Positions 1-8,958 of a DNA stretch of 64,000 bases are shown here, piece after piece. A program made the translations under genes and the position numbers. Numbering within the stretch: the first letter of the stretch is position 1; each line of letters starts with the position of its first letter. Origin of the DNA: Actinomycetota bacterium (lineage in GTDB: Bacteria > Actinomycetota > Thermoleophilia > BMS3ABIN01); NCBI GenBank assembly GCA_016235065.1, contig JACRMB010000010.1, positions 70,281 through 134,280 on the forward strand, in the 5' to 3' direction. The notes beneath the pieces were generated by a model. It was given only the letters and a program-made list of their open reading frames with translations. It did not search any database and was not told the DNA's origin.

Positions 1-1762
1 CCAGCCACATGCCGACGATGTAGTCCTCGTCTCCCTCGGGGGCCCTCACGAGCCTCATGATATCCAGGAACCATTTATACGACCCATCCGCGCTGCGCCA
101 GCGGTACTCGTATTCATGAAATCCACGGTCGAAGACTTTGGGGATCTCCTCAAAAGCTCTCGGTGCGTCTTCCGGATGAACGTGATCGACCCAGAAGGAA
201 GAGTCTGCCGTAAGATCCTCCGGCTTATAGCCGGTGAAAGTACTTACATTCCCACTCACGTACGTGACCCCGAAATCATCGCTCGCCTTGCTCGTATAAA
301 AAATTATCGGAAGGGATTCGAGGAGCAGGGACAGCTGTTCGCCGCTCCTCCTCAAGGCAATTGCCTGTTCGTCACGCTCGCCACGCGTTCTCAGGGCGCT
401 GATGCCGTAAGACAGATCGCCTGCCAGCTCACCAAGCAGCTTTACCTCTTCCTCATCGAAAGCATCAGGTTCCGAAGCATAGATGTTGAGAGAGCCATAC
501 TTGCCACCTTCTCCCACGAGCGGCAACGATACAGTGGAATAATAGCCACGCTCCGTGGCTTCTGCCCGCCAGGGCGTGTAGTCATCGTCAATGAGCACAT
601 CTCGGACTACACTGGGCTCACCGGAACGGATCGCCTTGCCGACTGGTCCCCTTCCGTATCTGGAGCCGTCATCCCATGCCACTTTGACCGATTCGAGAAA
701 CCCTTTTTCGTAACCAGCCGATGCTACAGGCGTGACGGACTTGCCGCCGCTCTGCTCAGCGAAGCCGACCCAGACAAAACGGTAGCCACCCACCTCGACT
801 ACAGCCTTACAGATCTCATGCAGAAGCTCATGCTCCCCCTCGGCGCTGGTGAGAGCCTGGCTGGCAGCCATCGTGGTCCTCAACGCCCGGTTCACGGCCT
901 GCAGACGCTCTTCGGCCAGTTTCTTCTCGCTCAGCTCCAGCTTGAGCCTCTGGTTGAGGTTTTCCAGTTCACTGGTGCGCTCGTTCACCATTAGCTCCAG
1001 CCCATCCTTGGTCCTGGAAAGAGCGTCTTCTGCCAGCTTGCGTTGGGTTATATCGCGCGAGATGCCAAGCACGTCATCAAAGTCACCCTTCTCATCCTTG
1101 ATAGGTACCAGCGACGTGCTCAACCAGACTTCGATGCCCTCAAGGGTCGCCATGTTCTCGACATACAGTGGCTCGCCGCCGTCAAAAACCTTCCTCAGTT
1201 CCTGCTGCTGGACTTCCGCCATCTCCGGGGGGAAGACCAGGTCGAGGTTTTTGCCGACAAATGCCTCTGGAGTATTTCCGAGCTTGCCGGCAGCGTAACT
1301 GTTCAGATAGATGATGATGCCCCTGCGGTCGGCAATGAAAATGAAGTCCTGTGCCGATTCGGCCAGGGTGCGATATCTTTCTTCGCTATCCACAAGCGCC
1401 TGTTCGATCTGGACCCTTTCGACGATCTCTGTTTCCAGCTCTCGCCAGCGACGCATCGCGAAAACGCTTAAAGCTGCAGCAAGTATGGCAAGTGCAACTA
1501 TCAGCTCGTCATACTGGAAAGGGCTGTCTTTCAGTTCCAGGGAAGCAGCTTCGAATGATCCGTGAAGATCGAGAATCGATATAAGCGCGAAAGCGATTGC
1601 GAAAACGATGAAGACGAATATAAGGTCACGCAGGACCCGGAGACTTTTCTGGCGGGCCCGTTTCGGAGCATTTGGTTCATAAACCACACGCCCCGCGCTG
1701 CTAGAACCCTTGCGGGCCATCAGTTGGGCTATCCTCCCCCAGGTTTTTTTAAGCCAGCTCAT
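1..1762 (-). CDS. Membrane-anchored PAS-GAF-PAS sensor protein, probably a sensor histidine kinase. The C-terminal output domain lies beyond the window start.
   Basis: Reverse-complement translation is a continuous open frame from ATG (complement of 1760-1762, start MSWLKK) to the window edge, with no stop. It shows two predicted TM helices, a PAS domain (…ERYRTLAESAQDFIFIADRRGIIIYLNSYAAGKLG…), a GAF-like segment and a second PAS domain (…HEYEYRWRSADGSYKWFLDIMRLVRAPEGDEDYIVGMWL). The plus-strand ORFs at 116-1846 hop between three frames and are its antisense shadows. Confidence 0.8.
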   Translation of the reverse strand, partial: MSWLKKTWGRIAQLMARKGSSSAGRVVYEPNAPKRARQKSLRVLRDLIFVFIVFAIAFALISILDLHGSFEAASLELKDSPFQYDELIVALAILAAALSVFAMRRWRELETEIVERVQIEQALVDSEERYRTLAESAQDFIFIADRRGIIIYLNSYAAGKLGNTPEAFVGKNLDLVFPPEMAEVQQQELRKVFDGGEPLYVENMATLEGIEVWLSTSLVPIKDEKGDFDDVLGISRDITQRKLAEDALSRTKDGLELMVNERTSELENLNQRLKLELSEKKLAEERLQAVNRALRTTMAASQALTSAEGEHELLHEICKAVVEVGGYRFVWVGFAEQSGGKSVTPVASAGYEKGFLESVKVAWDDGSRYGRGPVGKAIRSGEPSVVRDVLIDDDYTPWRAEATERGYYSTVSLPLVGEGGKYGSLNIYASEPDAFDEEEVKLLGELAGDLSYGISALRTRGERDEQAIALRRSGEQLSLLLESLPIIFYTSKASDDFGVTYVSGNVSTFTGYKPEDLTADSSFWVDHVHPEDAPRAFEEIPKVFDRGFHEYEYRWRSADGSYKWFLDIMRLVRAPEGDEDYIVGMWL

Positions 1763-1791
1763 CCACCTATCTTCCCCAATAGCGGCTGTGA

Positions 1792-3525
1792 CTATTCCAC
1801 CTGCATCCTGGCGCCCTCATGCGCCGGGCCAGCGAGTCGCGTATAAAGCTCCAGAAGCCCGGTACGAGCAGGCGGTGCCCACGGCTTAAGCAGGGATAAC
1901 CTTTTCTCCAGCAGCTGTGCCGTTTCCTCCGGTAATCTGCTTTCGGCATCAGCAGTAGTGACATCAAGTCTTCCCGCGGCCAGATCGATGCTGACTAGAT
2001 CGCCGTCGGCTATCGCAGCGATCGGGCCGCCGGACGCAGCCTCCGGTGAAACATGGCCTATGCAGGGACCCCTGGTCGCGCCGGAAAAACGGCCGTCAGT
2101 GATCAGGGCGACGCTCTCATTGAGCTCCTGGTCGGCGGCCAGTGCCGCCGTCAGATAGAACATCTCGGGCATCCCGGAAGCACGAGGCCCCTCATAGCGG
2201 ACGATCACGGCATCGCCAGGTCTTATCTTCCCGGATAGGGCAGCCTCGAGGGCGTCGGGCTGACCATCGAATACACGAGCGCGTCCTTCGAACTTCATCA
2301 TCCCGGGAACCACGGCTGACCGCTTGCAGACCGCCCCTTCTGGGGCCAGATTCCCGGAAAGTACTGCCAGACTGCCTTTTCCGGCCAGAGGATCGTGGAG
2401 GTGACGGATAACATCCTCCGCTTTTATCCCATATTTCTCAGTCAGAACAGCTTCGCCGTCTGACCATCCATCAGCACGGCATCGGTCGAGATCCTCCCCG
2501 AGGGTCCTGCCTGTCACGGTCAGAGCTTCGAGATGCAGGTATTCGCGGATCTCCCACATAAGCCGCGGCACCCCGCCCGCATACCAGAACAGATCCGCTG
2601 TGTGCTCGCCCGATGGTCTCAGATTCAGGAGCCATGGGACTTCGTCATTTATCTCACGCACCCGCTGCCATGGGAAGGACAGGCCCAGCTCCCTGGCAAG
2701 GGCCGATAGATGAAGCATCGCGTTGGTGGATCCTCCAGCCGCTGCGTGGACTTTCAAAGCGTTGCTTATGGCTTCAGTTGTGATGATATCCCTGGCCGAC
2801 ACACCCTTGCGGATCATCTCAGCTGCCGCGGCGCCGGCAGCCTGCGCCATCTGTGCCTGCCCGGTTTCGGTAGTGGGGCAACAGGCGGTCCCGGGTAAAG
2901 CGAGCCCCAGGGCTTCTGTCATAATCTGCATGGTCACCGCAGTTCCCAGAAAATTGCAGGCGCCGGCGCAGGGGGCTGCAGTGAGGCTGTGATAGCGGTA
3001 TTCTTCCTGGCTGATCTCGCCGCGCTTCAGCCGGGCATAAAGCTCACCCATGCGGTCTACTGAGATATCACCCGGGCCGGTATGCATGACGCCCCCTGGA
3101 AAGAAGACCACCGGCGCACCGATGCGAGCTGCCGCAATAAGGTGGGCTGGAATTGCCTTGTCGCAACCTGAGACCGCCACCCATCCATCGAAATGTCCGC
3201 TTTTGTAGTGCATCTCCGCCGCCATCGCCAGCAGCTCGCGGGAGGCCAGCGAGTAACTCATAGCTTCCGTTCCCTGGGCGATACCGTCGCATATGTCAGT
3301 ACAAAAATAGCGGCCTGCCGCCAGGCCTGCCGCCCGGGATCCTTTAAGGACTTCATCCACAAGCCCTGGCAGATGGACGCTGCCAGGATGTGAATCGCCC
3401 CCCGAGCTCTCTATAAGCAGCCAGGGCTTTTCCAGATCCTCCGGTGTCCAGCCACAGCCGATCCTTAGCGGATCGACCTCGGGACCCCAGCGCATTTCCT
3501 GGCTATGTAGCTTTGATGGTTTCAT
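1792..3525 (-). CDS. IlvD/EDD-family dehydratase (dihydroxy-acid or sugar-acid dehydratase)
   Basis: 577 aa with family motifs SGCDKAIP, ITDGRFSG and a PCIGHVSPEA-type C-terminal region. Its length matches IlvD/Edd/aldonate dehydratases. The exact substrate cannot be assigned. Confidence 0.85.
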   Translation of the reverse strand: MKPSKLHSQEMRWGPEVDPLRIGCGWTPEDLEKPWLLIESSGGDSHPGSVHLPGLVDEVLKGSRAAGLAAGRYFCTDICDGIAQGTEAMSYSLASRELLAMAAEMHYKSGHFDGWVAVSGCDKAIPAHLIAAARIGAPVVFFPGGVMHTGPGDISVDRMGELYARLKRGEISQEEYRYHSLTAAPCAGACNFLGTAVTMQIMTEALGLALPGTACCPTTETGQAQMAQAAGAAAAEMIRKGVSARDIITTEAISNALKVHAAAGGSTNAMLHLSALARELGLSFPWQRVREINDEVPWLLNLRPSGEHTADLFWYAGGVPRLMWEIREYLHLEALTVTGRTLGEDLDRCRADGWSDGEAVLTEKYGIKAEDVIRHLHDPLAGKGSLAVLSGNLAPEGAVCKRSAVVPGMMKFEGRARVFDGQPDALEAALSGKIRPGDAVIVRYEGPRASGMPEMFYLTAALAADQELNESVALITDGRFSGATRGPCIGHVSPEAASGGPIAAIADGDLVSIDLAAGRLDVTTADAESRLPEETAQLLEKRLSLLKPWAPPARTGLLELYTRLAGPAHEGARMQVE

Positions 3526-3790
3526 GGTCTAAAGGGTCAGTATTGGCGGGAACTGGCTGAATCCCGTCGCACGTTCCTGCGCATCAACAGGAGCCCCTAC
3601 CCGGGACTCACCCGAAGTATAGCTGCGGCAGGCATTTATAAAAAGCTGCCAGCAGGCGATAGGTATGCATCTTCCCGGGCTATTCCGGGAATATTGGAAA
3701 GGTTTCCATCAGGACCGGAATCCGGGTTCAGGACGCGGGGAGCATCCAGGATGTTATGCTACAATACGCCAATAAATCCGACCTCAGAGG

Positions 3791-6040
3791 GTGACTGCGT
3801 GCCCGGACATCGCCATGAATAGTCCCGACGTGACCAATGGCCAGAAGATCAAGATCGGCGACGAATATTTCCAGGTACTGACCGAAGACTCCGGCCGCGT
3901 CCTGACGCAGGGCGAGCCTTTTGTCATCGTCGATGTCAAGAAAGAGAAACTGGTCGTTAAAGAGGGCGAGCTGTTCCTCTATAGCGATATAGAAGGGAAC
4001 GTCTCCCGGGAAGATACGTCCGGCCTTGGTCTCTATTTCCAGGACACCCGCTTCCTCAGCACCTATGACATGACCCTGTTCGGTTCCAGCCCCGTCCTTC
4101 TATCTTCAACGGCCGACCGCGGTTTCATGAGCCAGATCGAGCTTACCAACGCCGACTTCATGTGCGCTGACGGCACGGTAGTTCCGCAGGAGACCATCAA
4201 CATCAGGCGCATCCGCGTGGTCAACGGCAAGCTTTATGAACTGATACGAATCAAGAATTACAATCATTTTCCAGTCGACATATCACTCGAGTTCGATTTC
4301 GATGCGGATTTCGCCGACATGTTCGAGGTTCGCGGCACCAAGCGGACAAAGTACGGAACCAGACTGGCGCCGAAGGTAACCGAAGACTCCATCCTGCTCG
4401 CCTACCATGGCCTCGATGCGATTTTGAGAAAGACAGACATCCGGATGGAGACACCGCCGACCTCTATCGAAGGCACCAAGGCGATCTTCCGCTTCCAGCT
4501 GCGCCCGAGAGAGCGGCGCGTAGTCAAATACAGCATCGAGCCGATCCTGCCTACGACCGTCCCCCCTGTCGCCACTGATTTCAATAAGGCCATCGGCGAT
4601 GTCCGTAAGAGCTACGAATCCTGGTTCAAGGGCTCCAGCCAGATCGAGACTGATAACGAACTCTTCACCGCCGTGCTGCGTAGCAGTCAGCGCGACATCC
4701 GCATGCTGGAGACCGACACTGAGATGGGATATTTCCTGAGCGCGGGCGTGCCCTGGTTCGTGACCCCGTTCGGCCGGGATACGATCATCACCTGCCTGCA
4801 GATAATGATGCTGGATGCGCATCCCGCCACCGCGACCGCCCACGTCTTCACACAGCTCCAGGGCAAGGTTGTCGATCCTTGGCGGGACGAGGAGCCAGGC
4901 AAGATCTTCCACGAAGTGCGACGGGGAGAGCTGGCCAACATACGCGCGATCCCGCACACGCCATATTTCGGCAGCGCCGACTCAACTGCCCTCTACCTGA
5001 TCATGCTCTCCGACATCGTCAAATGGACCGGTGACCTGGAGACCGCCCGAGGGATGACTGAAGCGATAAACAGGTCACTATCCTGGATCGATGACTATGG
5101 TGACCTCGACGGCGATGGATTCGTGGAATACGAGACAAAATCCAAGCGAGGCCTGGTGAACCAGGGGTGGAAAGACTCAGGAAACTCCGTGGTACACACT
5201 GACGGCAGCCTGGCGGAAACCCCGATCGCACTCTCTGAGGTCCAGGCATACGTCTATTATGCCAAGCGCCGCATGAGCGAACTCTTCGCCCTCCTTGGCG
5301 ACCGTGACCGCTCAGAGGAACTGGCAAAACAAGCCGAGATTCTGAAGCGAAAGTTCAACGAAGCATTCTGGATGCCCCGGGAAGGCTTCTTCGCACTCGC
5401 TCTGGACAAGGACAAGAACCAGGTGAAGACGATAACCTCGAATCCGGCCCACGGACTCTGGGCGAGAATCATCGATGATGACAAAGCCCAGCAGGTTGCT
5501 GACCGCCTGATGCAGCCCGACATGTTTTCCGGCTGGGGCATCCGCACGATGAGCAAATCGTCGATCAACTACAATCCGATGAGCTACCATAACGGCAGCG
5601 TCTGGCCCCACGATAACGCAATTATCATCCGTGGCCTGAAGAAATACGGATTCAACCAGGAGGCCGCCCGCGTAGCCTCCGGACTGTTCGACGCCGCGCT
5701 GCACTACGATTACTATCGCCTACCGGAACTTTTCTGCGGCTTCACCAAGCGCTCGATCAGCCGTCCGGTGAGTTATCCTGTTGCCTGTAGCCCTCAGGCT
5801 TGGGCCGCCGGCAGCATATTCATGATCCTGCAGGCGCTACTCGGCATCGAAGCCGATGCCCCATCCAATACGCTATATGTCAACAGCCCGGTACTGCCCA
5901 GATGGCTGAATGAAGTGGACGTCAAGGGACTTCGCGTGGGTAAAGCTGCCATCTCACTCAAGTTCCGGCGTGACGGCGATGTCACTTCCTTCGTGGTCAC
6001 CGAAAAAGTCGGATCAGTAAGAACCATAGTCACTGAATAG
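3791..6040 (+). CDS. Amylo-alpha-1,6-glucosidase-like glycoside hydrolase (bacterial glycogen-debranching-type, N-terminal domain plus GDE_C)
   Basis: 749 aa. The C-terminal (alpha/alpha)6-barrel motifs YHNGSVWPHDN and CSPQAWAAG with GWKDSGNS are typical of GDE_C/GH63-like enzymes. It is divergent from the dehydratase gene. Confidence 0.75.
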   Translation: MTACPDIAMNSPDVTNGQKIKIGDEYFQVLTEDSGRVLTQGEPFVIVDVKKEKLVVKEGELFLYSDIEGNVSREDTSGLGLYFQDTRFLSTYDMTLFGSSPVLLSSTADRGFMSQIELTNADFMCADGTVVPQETINIRRIRVVNGKLYELIRIKNYNHFPVDISLEFDFDADFADMFEVRGTKRTKYGTRLAPKVTEDSILLAYHGLDAILRKTDIRMETPPTSIEGTKAIFRFQLRPRERRVVKYSIEPILPTTVPPVATDFNKAIGDVRKSYESWFKGSSQIETDNELFTAVLRSSQRDIRMLETDTEMGYFLSAGVPWFVTPFGRDTIITCLQIMMLDAHPATATAHVFTQLQGKVVDPWRDEEPGKIFHEVRRGELANIRAIPHTPYFGSADSTALYLIMLSDIVKWTGDLETARGMTEAINRSLSWIDDYGDLDGDGFVEYETKSKRGLVNQGWKDSGNSVVHTDGSLAETPIALSEVQAYVYYAKRRMSELFALLGDRDRSEELAKQAEILKRKFNEAFWMPREGFFALALDKDKNQVKTITSNPAHGLWARIIDDDKAQQVADRLMQPDMFSGWGIRTMSKSSINYNPMSYHNGSVWPHDNAIIIRGLKKYGFNQEAARVASGLFDAALHYDYYRLPELFCGFTKRSISRPVSYPVACSPQAWAAGSIFMILQALLGIEADAPSNTLYVNSPVLPRWLNEVDVKGLRVGKAAISLKFRRDGDVTSFVVTEKVGSVRTIVTE

Positions 6041-6114
6041 GGGAGTTCAGCTCTTAGAGTCGATTCAGAACCCTTTGCCCCGGAACCCTCAATGACTTCT
6101 TCAGCAGTCGGATC

Positions 6115-6990
6115 TCATATCAGCTCGAGTGCAGCGAGCTGGACTTCCAGTTCGACCTTTTGATCGTCTGTCAGATCCACAAGCGGTGGCCGCACGTGGA
6201 TCTCCGGTAAGCCTTTCAGCCTCAAGGCGTACTTCGTCGCCGCGATCCAGGGAAACCTGGTCAATGCCCTCCTTGCCGAGTTCACCCTGACCGCTGCGGC
6301 AGAAAGCCCGTCATCAGAACTACGTGCCATCCAGGCGTCGTTCAACAGATCAGGAAACGCATTAGCGACCCCGGATATCACCCCGGCTACTCCAGCCTCG
6401 ACAACTTCACCGACAAGCGAATCGCTGCCGCCGAATATCTTCAGTTGCGGATACTTCTTTACCAGATCCCTCGTCCTCTCAGGATCGCCGCCAGTGTCTT
6501 TTATCCCCGCCAGATTCGCGTGCCCGAGGAGCGCGTCTATGATCCCGTCAGTGATGACGACGCCCGAATATACAGGAATGTTATAGAGGAAGACCGGCAG
6601 ATCGGTTCCCTCGAGTACATGGCGATAGAACTCGACAATACCAGCCTGCTCCACATCTTTGAAATAGAATGGCGGCACGATCAGGACAGCATCCGCGCCG
6701 GCATCCGCCGCATAATCGATCAACTCCAGGACTTCCGGCAGGCTGCACGATCCGACACCAGCCATCATGAAAAGCTGCCCTTTTGCCCTTCCCGCAGATA
6801 GCAGCATCCGTTTTTTCTCTTCGAGGGTCAGGGAGCAGAATTCGCCGTTGGTGCCCACTGGCACGAAACCATGGACGCCTGCGGCCGCCAGCATCTCCAG
6901 ATGCCCTCTGATCAAACCGTAATGTATCCTCGAACCCCCGGGCCCGAAAGGTGTAACCGTTGCAACTGCCACGCCAGAAATTCCAGACAT
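6115..6990 (-). CDS. DapA/NAL-family class I aldolase (dihydrodipicolinate synthase family; possibly a 2-keto-3-deoxy sugar-acid aldolase)
   Basis: 291 aa with motifs GTNGE, YNIP and GIKD(T). An AAGGGAGG RBS lies upstream, and the gene follows the cyclase gene after a 21-nt gap. Confidence 0.85.
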   Translation of the reverse strand: MSGISGVAVATVTPFGPGGSRIHYGLIRGHLEMLAAAGVHGFVPVGTNGEFCSLTLEEKKRMLLSAGRAKGQLFMMAGVGSCSLPEVLELIDYAADAGADAVLIVPPFYFKDVEQAGIVEFYRHVLEGTDLPVFLYNIPVYSGVVITDGIIDALLGHANLAGIKDTGGDPERTRDLVKKYPQLKIFGGSDSLVGEVVEAGVAGVISGVANAFPDLLNDAWMARSSDDGLSAAAVRVNSARRALTRFPWIAATKYALRLKGLPEIHVRPPLVDLTDDQKVELEVQLAALELI

Positions 6991-7011
6991 CGCGGCCTCC
7001 CTTTATTCAGC

Positions 7012-7644
7012 TTATTGTTCGATCAGTATTGCCCTGGCTGGAGCTCCATCGCCGCCCCTGATCTTGAGAGGTAGACAGACCAGTTCGTAATCGCCGGCTG
7101 CCACAGAGCCAAGATCGATTCCCTCAAGCAGCACGACGCCCGCTCCCAGCAAGGTATGATGCACCCTGAATGTGTCAGAGTTGAACTTCTCGACTGAAAG
7201 ATAGTCGATGCCAAGCAGGACAACTCCAAGCTCAACCAGGTATTCGGCTGCATCCTCGGCGACTGATACATAGTCTTTACTGAACTCGCTTCTGGACCAG
7301 AGCACTGAATTGCCGGTCTTTAAAAGCAGGCGCCTCACTCCCATTACCCCTGCCCTTTCTAGATGCTCCCTCGAAATCGAGGGACCGGCCTCAGTGAGGT
7401 CAACCACCCTCGCGGAGCCCACGAGCACCTCCAGCGGTAGATCGTCCACCGTCACTCCGGCCTCATCAAAATGATTAGGAGCATCGATGTGGGTCCCGGT
7501 GTGTGATCCAAGCCTCAGCTCGGACAGATTGGCAACAGCGCCTTCTGATATGAGACGGCTGGGATGCACCTCAGCACCAGGATCTCCAGGATAGTACGGC
7601 ATGCCGCTGTAGATCGAAACCGAGATATCTATGATCTTGCCCAT
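7012..7644 (-). CDS. Cyclase-family protein (kynurenine formamidase-like metal hydrolase)
   Basis: 210 aa with the signature GSHTGTHIDAPNHF. Its ATG sits directly after the TAG of the upstream TrkA gene (TAGATG). Confidence 0.85.
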   Translation of the reverse strand: MGKIIDISVSIYSGMPYYPGDPGAEVHPSRLISEGAVANLSELRLGSHTGTHIDAPNHFDEAGVTVDDLPLEVLVGSARVVDLTEAGPSISREHLERAGVMGVRRLLLKTGNSVLWSRSEFSKDYVSVAEDAAEYLVELGVVLLGIDYLSVEKFNSDTFRVHHTLLGAGVVLLEGIDLGSVAAGDYELVCLPLKIRGGDGAPARAILIEQ

Positions 7645-8301
7645 CTACTGCAAAGCTTCCTTGAGTTCCTTTTCCTTTTCGACCGAAGTCACTGCCAGAA
7701 GTTCGTCGCCTTCATCAAGCAGCGTCTGGCCACCAGGCACTATGACTTCGCCGCCGCGCATTACGGCGACGATCACCGACCCGTGGGGAAGATGCAGATC
7801 GCTCAACAGCCTGCCTGTTGCCTTCGATTCAGCGGCAAGAGTGATCTCTACAAGGGCGATCCTTCCACCTTTGAGCTTGAGCAGTGTCACCAGATCCCCC
7901 AATGACATCTCTTCTTCGATGATCTTGGTGATGATATCTGTTGGCGAGACTGCGACATCCACGCCCCAATCCTTGTTGTACAACCACTGGTTGCGCGGAT
8001 TGTTGACCCTCGCGATCACCCTGTCCACTCCAAAATGAAGCTTGGCCAGCTGGGAGATGACAAGGTTGTCTTCATCGTCTCCAGTCGTGGCCACAACCAG
8101 GTCGGAGTTTCGGACTCCCGCCTCTTCCAGCACCGATGGCTCACAACCGTCGGCCCAAAGCACCCTGATCCTCTCATCGACAACTTCGCCCGCACGGCTC
8201 TCATCCAACTCGACTGCAACAACCCGATGCGTGCCTGCTTCTGCAAGCGCATTGCCGAGATACGAACCTGTCCTGCCCATCCCTACGATAAGGACGTTCA
8301 T
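7645..8301 (-). CDS. trkA: TrkA-like RCK protein (NAD-binding TrkA-N plus TrkA-C)
   Basis: 218 aa with the Rossmann motif VGMGRTGSY and a C-terminal RCK_C. An AGGAGG RBS is present. Confidence 0.85.
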   Translation of the reverse strand: MNVLIVGMGRTGSYLGNALAEAGTHRVVAVELDESRAGEVVDERIRVLWADGCEPSVLEEAGVRNSDLVVATTGDDEDNLVISQLAKLHFGVDRVIARVNNPRNQWLYNKDWGVDVAVSPTDIITKIIEEEMSLGDLVTLLKLKGGRIALVEITLAAESKATGRLLSDLHLPHGSVIVAVMRGGEVIVPGGQTLLDEGDELLAVTSVEKEKELKEALQ

Positions 8302-8310
8302 GAAATCCTC

Positions 8311-8958
8311 CTAATAGCCGACCAGCTCCCTGAACCGGCCAAGGAAATTGGTCGCCACACAGGCATAGACCAGATCTCCGGCCTCAAACACCAATGCTCC
8401 GGTAGACACCATCGCCTGCCCGAGCCTGACCACACAGGTAACCTGCGCCTGACCTTCAACGGTCAATTCTCTTACTGAATGGCCGACCAGCTGAGCCGGC
8501 ACTTCGAATTCAAGCAGTTCCACCTCACCACTGCCAAAAGTCAGCTCGCTCTTCAGCTCGTTATAGAGCAGGTGCTCTCTCAGCTCGTTTGCTCCCCAGA
8601 CAGTCGATGAGATTGTAGGTATGCCGAACCGCTTGTATATGTCGGCCCTCATCGGGTCGTAGATGCGGGTGATGACCCTTGGAACCTGAAATACCCGCTT
8701 GGCGATCAGAGCCGAGATGATGTTGCTGTTGTCACCGTTTGTCACCGAGGCGAAGCCGTCGGCAAGCTCGACACCGGCCTCCAGTAGCACATCCCTATCG
8801 AATCCAACTCCGGTCACGGTCTTGCCTTTGAAAGATGGACCAAGACGCCGAAACGCCTTGGGATTCTTGTCGATGATCGCAACCTCGTGGCCTTCCATTG
8901 AAAGGTTGCCGGCGAGCTGTGCCCCAACCCGCCCGCATCCGAGAACTATGAATTTCAT
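8311..8958 (-). CDS. trkA: TrkA-like RCK protein (second copy)
   Basis: The ORF's internal Met (MKFIVLGCGRVG…) is preferred as the start. Its ATG overlaps the TGA of the upstream ATPase gene as ATGA and is preceded by a GGGAGGAG RBS. It has the GxGxxG Rossmann motif plus RCK_C. Confidence 0.85.
   Translation of the reverse strand: MKFIVLGCGRVGAQLAGNLSMEGHEVAIIDKNPKAFRRLGPSFKGKTVTGVGFDRDVLLEAGVELADGFASVTNGDNSNIISALIAKRVFQVPRVITRIYDPMRADIYKRFGIPTISSTVWGANELREHLLYNELKSELTFGSGEVELLEFEVPAQLVGHSVRELTVEGQAQVTCVVRLGQAMVSTGALVFEAGDLVYACVATNFLGRFRELVGY

Noticed and set aside
116-1846. A chain of overlapping plus-strand ORFs in three different frames (116-994, 849-1298, 1043-1471, 1311-1565, 1351-1584, 1562-1846)
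   Set aside because: They are antisense shadows of the minus-strand PAS/GAF sensor gene, which the ORF track misses only because it runs off the window edge. The frame-hopping pattern and lack of protein-like sequence argue against them.
3068-3393. Small ORFs inside and antisense to the dehydratase gene, and similar antisense ORFs inside groEL (33229-34386), the P-type ATPase (9007-11649) and the glucosidase gene (4251-5704)
   Set aside because: They are antisense or out of frame to strongly supported conserved genes, and are typical GC-rich shadow ORFs.
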